Shown here one piece after another: positions 38,976 to 50,200 of a stretch of DNA of 64,000 bases. How positions within the stretch are numbered: the first letter of the stretch is position 1; each line of letters starts with the position of its first letter. The notes under the pieces were generated by a model, which did not search any database, was not told where the DNA came from, and saw only the letters and a program-made list of their open reading frames with translations. Source of the stretch: Lama guanicoe (lineage: Eukaryota); NCBI GenBank assembly GCA_013239625.1, contig MU053365.1, positions 248,001-312,000 on the forward strand, written 5' to 3'. Both the position numbers and the translations under genes were made by a program.

Positions 38976-40904
38976 GTTTTTTGTTTTTTTTTTTTGCATG
39001 CTGCATTTTAGCACGTTGTAGGAGTGGAGCAAGATGCTTAGAGGCAACGGAGACAAAGCTTCAGTGTGGACACCCCGTGATTTAGAGGCTTTCTTGTCTT
39101 TGAAAGGGATGTGTGCTCGCTTGTTTGCCTTCTCGGTTTGGAGCACATGTACTTGTAAGAGGATATGTTTACTTATTCCTGATGAGAATCCGTCGCCCTC
39201 CAGAGATCCATGTACTTGGGAGAAGCGGTCTCTCCAACGAGAAAAGCTGGGATGAGGGCTGGGAAGGCATACTGGCCCAGTCTGCCTCAGGGCTCATTGT
39301 CTGATGGCAGTATTTGGCCCTCTTTCCAGTTAAGTGGCCTGCTCCTGTTGCTGAGAAGTGGTGACAACAGTAGTTCACGGACCAGGTAACGGACAAGTCA
39401 CATTGCCGGGGCTCAAGAGTTAAGCACCCGAAAATGAGCTCTTGCCTTTCATTCACGAGGCAGGTCAGCCAGCCCTCCATTAGCAAAATGTGCTTAGATC
39501 TTGGTCCCCTGTGAATCTGCCTCCCTGACTATATGTTACAGATGAAGGACTAGGAAGGCCGGTTCACCCAGTGCTCTCAGGAGTGCTGTCACAGGTCAGA
39601 ATTGAAACGCCTGCCACAATACCTATGCCACCACCACCAAGCCCACTGTCACGATGCTTCAGCTCTTGACACTTGGAGGGGGACAAAATCCATTTCCATC
39701 CAAATTTTAGAAGTTCCTGCTCAACTCATTAAAAAAAATGCTGAAATGTAAGCCGACATGGATACGCTGGGATGATTTGGAGCCGTTGTGCCAGAAGCCA
39801 TATAGGAAGCAGAGCCTTCATTCTCATCCTCATCCTTTAAAGAAGCTCAGCAGAGGACCCGGTGCGGGAGGAAACTGCTCCAGGGTAAATTCCTGGCAGG
39901 TGTGAACATTCGTTTCTGGAGTTGGGTCACTTCCGACTTGGAGCGACTGTGAGACAAATAGATGATAGGGCATCTGATCTGCATGGCAGCTGAGAGCTCC
40001 GATATGTCACTAGCAAGTTAGCAAAGAAAGGAGGGTATGAAAGGAGCAGCTTGTGGTGCCCCGAGTGTACCATTCTCCAGAGCGTGTGGCCATCAGAGTT
40101 GAAATCTGCTCTCTCCGATCTCCAAGGCTGTTGGACTAGATGGTGAGAAACAGAGTTTCCGAAAAGGACAAAGCACTTTGGTGTGAACTATACACAGGCG
40201 AGGCCAGCGAAGTGTCATCTGGGCTCCCCCACCTCCTGTGCTACTTTTGGAGTCTGACCAGCATATTTTGCTAGTCACTTTTTTCCCGTGTTAAAACTGG
40301 TGAGCGCTGGAGGCAAAATTTCTTCCAGATGTTGCTGAATCCTTCGCCGGAATAAGAAGGTCTAAGGGCCTTTTGATGTCCTGACAATTTACAAAGCCTT
40401 TGCCAGCCCCTTTCTTCTGAGTCAGAAGCAGGAGACCCCACAAGGCTCCACCAGGTCGTGGCCTCATTTCAGAAGTTAGAAGCCAAGCGCATTCAATGAT
40501 CTCAACTCCGGCAGGCAGTCCATATTGCCCACTTGCAGGGCTGCCCTGGCTTTCGAGGTATGGGTTCGATTGGCAGGGGAGGGGACGCGTTCCAGATGTG
40601 CTTTCCAGATGCAGCAGCAGGCCCTGGCAGCTGGTGTCCTGGTTTTGCATGCATCGTAGATTTGGGAGCCGTGGCCGGCTGGTGTGGGGACCTGCTGGGA
40701 GATGAGTCCTGAGAAACACACACTTGTTTGCTGTCTATGGGCAGTGCATCTGTTTCTCTCTTGACGTCTTTCTCACGTGAAAGGGGGTGAGAGACAGAAT
40801 TCTTTGCAGCTGGGAAGCCGTACAGCTACAGGACTCAAGCCCTTTCTCTTAGAATCAGGTGCTCACCACAGAAATTCCGATTCCCGAGGCCTGAGGGTGG
40901 GGAC

Positions 40905-41076
40905 GAAACTGATGACAGGATTTGCAAGACTGAGTGTGAAATGAAAACAAAGGGCCTTGTTCAAAACCGATGGCAAATTTCAACAGTCCAACAGCAGAGC
41001 CTCAAGTACCTGGAGCGCCTCTAAATATGGGGTCCTGTGCAAATACAGGGGTCACACCCTCAGGAAGGGGGCTCTG
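40905..41076 (+). mobile_element. MER45A-like hAT-Tip100 element
   Basis: gtgtgaaatgaaaacaaagggccttgttcaaaa...ggggtcctgtgcaaatacaggggtcacaccc. Confidence 0.6.
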
Positions 41077-41079
41077 GCC

Positions 41080-42170
41080 ACCACAAGCTTCCGGCTTCTT
41101 GGAGGAGAGACTGTGGTCATGTCCTGTCCATACGGCTCCACACGCAGAGGGTCTCTCATTTGGATTAACGGCCCTGGGGGGAAGGGGGACAGGCTGCGGG
41201 CCTCAGCACAGACCTTATGTTCCTAAACAACTAGCAGGCTCAGCAGCCTGAGGCGCTCACCCGGGGCCACAGCCTTTTGGCTTAGTGGGGCTTCCTGGGT
41301 TTCCCATGAAGCACGCTCGCTTCCTGGTGTCCACTGATCACTTGCCTACCCAGGCTGCGTCCAGCTACTTAACCTATTGAAAGGCAGAACAAAACACACT
41401 GTGGAAGAAATCAAAAGACAACGCACAAACTGGGAAAACATATTTGTAACTTGGACCTCCAACAGAGGGCTAATAGCTCTAATATTTAAGTACTGACAAA
41501 TTTTTGGATTAAGGACCCAATACCTGAAAGAAACATGTGAAAAAGACATGAGCAGACAGTTCACCAGAAAGATACAGAGCTAGCCCTTAACCAGATTAAA
41601 AGTGGTTTAAGCTCACTAAGATAAGAAACATGCTAACAACAACAACAACTATCCTGAGAATTGGAAGCTGGCCCAAAATAGACACAGATTTGAGAATTAG
41701 CAGACAGCAACATTAAAATAGTTATTATAACTGAATTCTATATGGTCAAAAAGTTTGGTAGAGTCATAGAAGACAGAAAAAAGACCCAGGATGTCTTCAC
41801 AGAGATGAAAACCACAGTGTCTGTGATAACAAGTACATTTGATAGGATTAGCAGTAAATTAGACATAGCAGAAGGAAAGATTTGTGTACTTGAAGACCCA
41901 GCAGTAGAAGCCATCTAAAACGAAACACAGAGCGTCCATAAATGCATACAAAGGATAATACACTGTGAGCTAGCGGAGTTTGTCCCAGGAATGCAGGGTT
42001 GGTTAAACATCTGAAAATCAACCAATACAATTCACATTATTAACAAACTAAAAATGAAATGAGTATGAGCATATCAATAGTGCACAAAGAACAGCTGACA
42101 CGATCCCACACACATTCCTTATAGAAACTCTTAAGAGACTAGGAATAGGAGGGAAAATCCTCAGCCTAAA
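41080..42170 (+). repeat. Copy A of an old ~1.1 kb direct duplication (unique head plus old L1 fragments)
   Basis: Colinear with 46150-47210: caagcttccggcttctt/caagcttccagcttctt, aaagacatgagcagaca, cattaaaatagtta, ccaggaatgcagg, taacaaactaaaaatg. Confidence 0.85.
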
Positions 42171-43344
42171 CAAAATGAAAATCTTAAACACTAGAGCTGA
42201 ATTGTAAAAGGTTTTAGGCAATAAAATATCTCCCAGCAGTAGCATAAATAGTGTATTCCACCCCGGAGAGGAATCATTTTTGATACTTCCTCCTCAATAG
42301 AACAAACTTCCAGTACCATTCATCAATTACAGAAAATAATCACGTCCAGAAAATGAATACAGTGTAAAGCTTATTGATCCTTTTATGTATAATTATGACT
42401 GTATAAAATACAAGGCAACTTTAAGAAAACAAAACATCTGCAAAAGATACAGTTTAAGCAACTACAGTTAATGTAATTTTCTCTCCTTTCTTGATTCCAT
42501 AGTCTTAAAATAGCTGTCAAGTAAAGATGAATGAGTTTCACTTTAAAGCATATTTTTCAAATTCAGCAAAAATATTTTATGTTCAAATACAAGAAAATGT
42601 TGTACTTCTCAAACAACTAAGTTTGCACCTCGCGGTTCGCGCTTTGTTTCACTGATTTAGATGTAAATAAAAACAAGTTAACACAGCGTCTTTACTTTGA
42701 CAATCGTCGTGCTATCACTGTGTATTTAGAATCTACCATTTAAATGTGGGGGGTATGAATTACTACATTACTTCGGAGACTGCAGGATGTGCAGAGAGTG
42801 ATCTCAAAGCATTCCAAATCACTGAGGACTTTCTATGGAAAGGAGCAGTAGTAACCGTGGCAGCCTGTGCTAGGGACAACTGTGTCACGGACTGATCCAA
42901 ATGAACTCCCTCAGAGAAGACAGTGATTTTTTTTTCAAAGGGTAAGTACCTAAAATGTGGTCATTTGAAATTATATATATATATATGTTTTGTCTGTATT
43001 TTTTGAATAACATATAGAATATGACAACTTGACATAAATGATAGCAGACTTTTAGAACTGAAACCAACAAAATCTGTTTTTGAGGATGAAGAATATGGAA
43101 TTACTGACATTATTTTGGATTAGAGGTGTGAGTATGAAGGTGGTCATAAAAACAGGCCCAGCTCTTACTTGGTTTTATTCTTGTAATAAAACTCTTTGCA
43201 AACAATGCCCCGCCTTTATTGCCCCCACCGGGTGCAGGCCACGCCCACTGCCCTGCCCGCGGGCGGCCGCTGCGCCTCGCTCAACTTCTTAGCAAAGAAA
43301 GTGGCCTGATCAGTGTTGGGTTTGTGATCTCCAGAAACACCATT

Positions 43345-43777
43345 GTTTTCTTTTCTTTTTCTTTCTTTCTCTTTCTTATGTTTTAAAAAAAATTTACAAC
43401 TTTTGAAAAGGTTACTCTCCATTTGTAGTTATTATAAAATGTTGACTATATTCCTTGTGTTGGACAATACATCCTTGTGCCCATTTCACACCCAATAGTT
43501 TGTACCTCCCACTGCCCGGCCCCTACATCGCCCCTCCCCTCCCCACTGGTAACCACTAGTTTGTTCTCTGTATCTGTGAGTGTAGTTTTTTGTTGTTGTT
43601 GTTAAATTGACTGGTTTGTTGCATGTTTTAGATTCCACATAGAAGTGATATCATACAGTATTTGTCTTTCTCTGACTTATTTCACTTAGCGTAATGCCCT
43701 CCAAGACCATCTATGTTGCTGCAAATGGCAAAAATTTGTTCTTTTTAATGGCTGAGTAGTATTCCAGTGTGTATATA

Positions 43778-43809
<32 letters not shown>

Positions 43810-44013
43810 CTTCATCCTCAAAAACAGATATATAAGATGGACATTTAGGTTGCTACTATACCTCAGCTACTGTAAATAATGCTGCTATGAACATTTGGGT
43901 GCATGTATTTTTTTGAATTACTGTTTTTGGGTTTTTTTGGACATATACCCAGGAGTGGAATTGCTGGATCATATGATAGTTCTATTTTTAGTTTTTTGAG
44001 AATCTTCCATGCT
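43345..44013 (-). mobile_element. Artiodactyl-type L1 3' fragment with (TA)n
   Basis: T-rich tail at 43345, L1 3'UTR and ORF2-end motifs; short TSD-like aaacacca on both sides. Confidence 0.85.
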
Positions 44014-44474
44014 GGAAAAACACCACTACTTTAGTCCTTTGGACTAACTTTTAATAAGGCAGGATGTTTGGGTTTCTTGAGGGCTGTTGGTTGCTGACAT
44101 CACACAGTGACGTGTAACAAACACTAGTATGAGATAGGTGTCCTGCAGGCAACCACTTTGTATGCCTTTTTAGGAAATGGCATTGCTCCCCCTCCCCCGC
44201 CCATAACACGGCTCCCCAGCTAAGTTCACACCTCTGTGCGCACGCACACATGCGCTCGTGCGCACACACGCTCACACACAAATACCTAGTCCTTTTTCTC
44301 TTCTTCTATGGGAAGTGTGTCTTCAGTGCTCAGTCCTGACGCAGTCAGTCCCTTTCCCCTCTGTCTGGCTAACTGGACCTTCTGGCCCAACCCCCAACCC
44401 CACAGCACCCATGTCCTTTCCTCTGCCACCCTTGCCCCTCCCTCCCCTCTGCACTCCCTACTGCCAGAGAACTC

Positions 44475-44513
44475 TCAGAGACACACAGGTTTTCACATCA
44501 GGTTGATTTTATT
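44475..44513 (-). terminator. Polyadenylation signal and GU-rich downstream element of the CXorf51-like gene
   Basis: TTTATT at 44508-44513 (AATAAA on minus), about 120 nt after the stop, followed on the minus strand by ...aaaacctgtgtgtctctg. Confidence 0.7.
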
Positions 44514-44630
44514 TTTCATTATCAATGTATCCTGTTGGTGTAATATTCAGTGCCTATACAGTTGGCCATTTCTCAATAGCTAGACCCCTGGAGATTTCTC
44601 ATCTTTCTGGGTCTGTGGCCCTGCTCCGAA

Positions 44631-45166
44631 TTACTGGCTGCTGTCTTGTTCACTTGGGGTGGTGGTCTTCTCCTTGGTCTCTTGGACCTGCTCAGCTTCA
44701 TTTTGATTCAGCTCTTCCTTTTTCTTATGGCAATGACTGCGTATCATGGACCCGCTAGCTTTCTTATTAAGTTTCCTTGATGAGGCCGGAGTTTTCTGAG
44801 AGGCCTTTTTCTTCAGGCTCCTTTGACAACGTCTGTTGAATCTAATGGCTGCCTTGGCTACCTGGAAAGACAACAGAGTGAGCACAGAAGGGCACGGGCT
44901 TGGGGAAGGGGGTAGGGGACGGAGGGGAGCAGGGGCTTCAAAAGGAATGTGGGCTGGGGAGGGGGCATGTGCCAGGCGAGGACAGGGCAGGGGTCTTATG
45001 GGGGGTGTCAACGGGCAAGAGGAGCTGGGTGGGTTCAGCTCACCTTGATGCTGCCTCTGGACCTCTGCTCGTAGGGAGTCTTCCCTTTCTTCCCCTCTTT
45101 GGTGGTTGCAGTTGGTTGTCTGGTAGCTGCACCAGGGCCTTGTGACTTCCTGGTCACCTTGGCCAT
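44631..45166 (-). CDS. CXorf51: CXorf51-like small basic protein, two coding exons join(45166..45044, 44861..44631), 117 aa: MAKVTRKSQGPGAATRQPTATTKEGKKGKTPYEQRSRGSIK|VAKAAIRFNRRCQRSLKKKASQKTPASSRKLNKKASGSMIRSHCHKKKEELNQNEAEQVQETKEKTTTPSEQDSSQ
   Basis: ATG at 45166 (gaaATGG). Exon 1 is 123 nt and ends AAG|gtgagc. The 182-nt phase-0 intron (45043-44862) ends ttgtctttccag|. Exon 2 is 231 nt to TAA at 44631. The protein resembles my recollection of human CXorf51A (MAKVT...KGRKKGKTP...RSRSG.K...KKARG.ILR..YH). Orthologue versus paralogue status is not established. Confidence 0.85.
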
Positions 45167-45210
45167 TTCGAAGACTCCCAGTGGTCTGCCCTAGAGGCTC
45201 CGAGCGCCCC

Positions 45211-45323
45211 TATATATACCCCTCCCTCCCCAGGATGATGTGGCGGCCACACCCTTTCAGGTTTATGAGGTCAGCAAGTCACTCCCCTAAGCCAGTGGTG
45301 GCCCTGGGCAGGGCTTGACATCA
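45211..45323 (-). promoter_or_regulatory. Proximal promoter of the CXorf51-like gene: TATA box plus two CRE-like elements
   Basis: TATATATA at 45211-45218, about 45 nt upstream of the ATG. TGAGGTCA at 45266-45273 and TGACATCA at 45316-45323, each one mismatch from TGACGTCA. Confidence 0.65.
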
Positions 45324-46149
45324 CAAAGCCCCATCCTGACCCCTGGAGGGGAGGATGGGGAGCAACCCAGATGTTCTGGTAGGTAGGGGGAGGCATTTTA
45401 GCTCCCCTAAAGAGCCCTTCAAACTGACATGCCACCCTTGGCATCTCCCCATGGCAGTTCTGGTGGGCCACATGGCAAACCTTTCCCCACAGCCAGCCTC
45501 CTCAGGGGTTCATTCTGTTCTCCCCCATCCTTCACCATTACCTACTCTTTGTATCTCTTGCCTAAAACCCATCCATGGTAGTGTGGCCATATTTAAAACT
45601 GGAGATGTGACTCATCTAATTTCCCTCCTACAATTTCTACTTCACACTTTGAAGATCATTCGCCTCTTGGCTACTACCAAGGAACTTTTTCACCCTACCT
45701 CCTTTTTCCAGGGTCCACATAACTGCCCTCAGTGTTCTGCTCTCCAGTCTGAAATCACGGCCTCCAGGCTAGCAAGACCTCAGTGAACACACTTGCTTTG
45801 CTGGGTTTCCTAGTTTTGTTTCAAATGCGTGTGTGGGGGTCTTGCTCATCTCAGGAGGCGTACAACCCAGGCTTAGGTTTTAACAATGTACAGAGGGTAT
45901 GAAGCAGATACACAGATGTCACAAGCTGTGCAGAGTGGCCACATACAGGAGAATACAGCCCAGAACTGATGAGTGTCCCCAGGGAGGAGCAGAGCTTAAC
46001 CAGAGGTGTGTGAGCCCCATGGACAAAGGTCTTCTCAACATGTGTCCTCACAAACCAGACACTTTTCTCATCTTGTTTTACTGCTGGCACCTCCCTTGGC
46101 ACTTACCTCACAGTGGAGACACTGGTCAAGTTCATTTCTATGAACAGCT

Positions 46150-47210
46150 ACAACAAGCTTCCAGCTTCTTGGAAGAGATCCTGTGTGTCAAATCCTGTCC
46201 ATATAGTCCCCTAGGTCTCTCATTCAGGTGGTTGGCCCCGGAGGAAAGGGTAACAGGTTATGGACTACACCCCAGGCCTTATGTTCCTAATCAACGAGCG
46301 GGCTCAGCCAGCCTGAGGTACTTACCTGGGGCCACAGCCTTTTGGCTTAGTGGGGCTTCCTGGGTTTCCCATGAAGCACGCTCACTGCCTGGTGTCCACT
46401 GGGTGCTTATTCACCCAGCCTGCATCACACTGCTTAAAATTATAAGAGGCAGAGCAAAGCACACCATAAACAAATTCAAAAGATGACTGCTTTTTAAAAT
46501 CTTTAGAACAGAGAATCTAAAACCTGAGAGAAAATGTGAAAAAAATATGAGCAGACAATTTATAAGATGTAACACTGGACTTTAACCTTATTAAAAGATG
46601 TTTAAAAGACATGAGCAGACAATTCACAAGAAAGATATAGAGCCAGCCCTTAACCATATTAAAAAGACATTTAACCTCACTAAGGGAAGAAGAATCAAAT
46701 TATAACTCCCTTGAGAAATCAAACTGACCCAAAACTGGCACAGATTTTACAATTAGCAGACGTGGACATTAAAATAGTTATAATAATTGTATCCCATATG
46801 TTCAAAAATTATGTAGAGACATGGAAATTATAAGAAAGATCCAAATTGATCTTATAGAGATGAAAACTATAGCATCAGATGACAAGCACAGTGGGCAGAA
46901 TAAATGGCAGGTTACAAAGGGCAGAAGGAGAAGCTGGTGCACTTGAAGGCAGCAACAGAAACTATCCAGGATGAAGCAGAGTCCATCAAGATATAAAAAG
47001 TACAATGCATTTGTCCCCCAGGAATGCAGGATTTGTTAAGCATTTGAAAAATCAATCAATGTAATTCATGTTACTAACAAACTAAAAATGAGAAGCCAGA
47101 TGGTCATCTCAATAAATGCAGAAAAAGTAATTTGATAAACTCTAATATCTATTCTGTATAAAGACTCTTAGCAAACTAGAAATAGAAAGAAAACTTCCTC
47201 AAACTGATGA
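46150..47210 (+). repeat. Copy B of the ~1.1 kb direct duplication; its L1 portion continues into the downstream L1 block
   Basis: Same anchors as copy A at an offset of about 5.05 kb. Confidence 0.85.
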
Positions 47211-50200
47211 AGACAAAAGACTCTATAACTAACATCACACTTTATGGTAGAAGACTGAATGCTTTACTTCTAAGATCAGGGTCAATAAAAAGATGTCCAT
47301 TCTCATTATACCGAATTTCTGCCCTTGAAATCAGATTAGAAAATGATATAAAACACATCCAGTTTAGAAAAGAAGAATAAAAATTTTCATTTGCAGATGG
47401 CGTCTACATAGAATACCCAATGGAATCTATTTTTAGAAGACTACTGAAACGAGTAAGTGATTTTAGTAACATTGCAAGATACAAAGTCAATATATAAAAT
47501 TCAATTAATTGATTTTCTATGTAGTAGGATAGACAACTGAAATTGAAATAAAAAATTAATCGCATTTACAATAGCATCAAAGTACGAAAAACATAGGGAT
47601 CTGACAAAATATATGAAAGTCCACAATGCAAAAAATGGACAAAAGATTTGAAGGAGAAATTTGCCAAAAAAAGATATACAGATAGCAACTAAGCACTGCA
47701 CACCTAAATGATGGCTGTAATGAGGGAACAGACAAGCAAAAATGTGATGAGGGTGTGGAGAAATTGGAAATTTCATACATTGCTGGTGGGAACATAAAGT
47801 GGTACAGCCCCTATGGAAAACATTTTGGAAGTTGCTTAAAAAGTTAAACATTGGGTTACCATATGACCCAGCAATTCCACTCCTAGGTGTATACCAAAAA
47901 GAATGAAAAATAAATGTTTACACAAAGACTCACACATGAATTTTCAGAGCAGCATTATTTATAATAGCCAAAAAGTAGAATCAGCTCAAATGTCCATCAA
48001 GTGGTGAATGAATAAACAGAACAGGCAATGGAATATTATTTGGCCATAAAAAGAATGAAGTTCTGATACATGCTACAGCATGCTATAGCTCTGAAGTGAT
48101 TATGTGAATTGAAAGAAGCCAGGCACAAAAGGCTGTATATCACATTATTCCATTTCTATGAATAACTATGTGTCAGATTAGGCAATTCCCTAAAGACAGA
48201 GAGTAGATTAGTCCACACCAGGGGCCAGGTGAGGTGGGAGATGGAAAGTGCCAGCCAAATGGTACAGTATTTCCCATTGGAGTGATGAAAGTATTCTAGA
48301 ATTAGATAGCAGTTATGGTTGCACAACCTATGAATAAACTACAAATCACTAAATTGGACACTTTAAATGGTAAACTTATGGTATGTAAATGATATGTCAA
48401 TAAATAAAAAAGTTTTTAAAAGGCCACCAACCTACACTTCTATGTCCAGAAAAATCATCTTTCTAAAATAAAGGAGAAATAAAGATATTCTCATACAAAC
48501 AAAAACTCGGAGAATTTACTCTCAACAGATCTGGTCTATAAGAAATGTTAAAAAGAAATTCTTCACACAGAAGAAAGTAATATTAAACAGAAACTATAAG
48601 CCAAATAAAGAAAAGGAGAGTGTCAAAAAATGAAGAAATGAAGGTAAAATAAAATGAAACTTATTTTTCTTATTCTTAATTGGTAAAAGATAAATGCTTA
48701 TTTAAAACAATGATACTAACAATGTGTTGAATGTTTATAACAAATGAATAAGTTAAATGAATGACTGCAATGTCACAAGACATAGATTGAGGTAAATGAG
48801 AATACCCTGCTATTAGGTACCTGCATTTCATGTGACTTAATATAATGTTATTTGAGGGTGGACAATAATTACTTAATAATGTATATTGTAAACCACAGTG
48901 CAACAATAAAAACATTTATAAATGAAATATAAATTTTATGTCAAGAAAGGAGATGAATTGGAATCATATAAAATGCTCAATTAAAATAGGAGAATACAGA
49001 AAGAGAGGGAGAAAAAGAAAGAAAGAAAACATTTAAAGGAATGGATAGAAAACAGTTACAAAGATGGTAGATCAATAATTAATCTACACGTGATTTATAC
49101 TAGTCAAAGGCAGACGTTGTCAGGATGGACAAATAACAATGGCAACAACAACAGAACACAAGTACCAAAGTACATGGTGTGTACAAGAAACTCATTTTAA
49201 TTATGAAGATTCAAATCAGTGAAAAGTAAAAAAGAAAATTACATCATGCCAACACTAATCAAAAAGAAAGCTGGAGGGCCATATTAAATTTAGACAAAGC
49301 ATACTTCAGAGTAAGGAAGAGTAACAAGGATAAAGAGGGACATTACACAATGATAAAGAAGTTACTTTTACAAAGACACATAGCACTCCTTAACATTTAT
49401 GCACCTAACAACAGAGCATCAAAATACATGAGGCAAAATCTGATAGAACTGGAAGGAGAAACAGTCTACCATTACATTTGGAAACTGCAGCCCCTGTATC
49501 ATCAATTGATAGATCCAGCAAGCAGCAAAATCAATAAAGATATAGATGACCTAAACAGCACTATCAGTCAACTTGACCTAAATGACATTTATAGCCTAAT
49601 CCGTCCAACAACAACAGAATACACATTCTTCTGAGGTTCACATGAAACATTCACCAAGACAGACCACATACTAGGTCATAAAACACACCTTAACAAATCT
49701 AAAAGAATAGAAATCATATAAAGTATGTTCTCTGACAAAAATGTAATTAAACTATAAATCAATAATAGAAAGAGGGCTGGAAAATTCCCACATGTTTGGA
49801 AATTAAACTACACAATTCTAAATAAACCATGAGTCAAAGAACAAGTCTCAAAAGAAAGTTAAAAATATATTTAACTAAATGAAAATGAAAGTACAAGGTA
49901 TCAAACTTTGTGATAGTGCACTAAGCATGACAAAATGAAATACTAAGGTATTAGTTTAATAAAATGTGTGGGATCTGTGCACAGAAGCTATAAAATACTG
50001 ATAAAAGAAGTCAAAGTAGATCTAAAGAAATTGAGAGAGAATCCATGTTATTGGATTAGAAGACTCAATATTCTAAAGATGCCAGTTCTTTTCAATTTGA
50101 TCTGTAGATTCAACATAACCCTGATTAAACACCTAGCAAGCCTTTTTTGATAGATATAGCAAGTTGATCTAAAACTTATGTGGCAAACAGAAGATGTACA

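Noticed and set aside
41272..41285. Similarity of gccttttggct to U2 snRNA stem-loop I or to X-linked miR-506-family sequences
   Set aside because: Only about 11 nt match, with no remaining U2 sequence and no long pre-miRNA stem.
43205..43335. CpG-rich patch with minus-strand AATAAA as a processed pseudogene end
   Set aside because: No poly(A), TSD or recognisable protein in any frame.
44631..45011. 126-aa single-exon ORF from the track
   Set aside because: Its proline-rich N-terminus is intron read-through from a non-ATG start; the spliced 117-aa model has canonical signals and family similarity.
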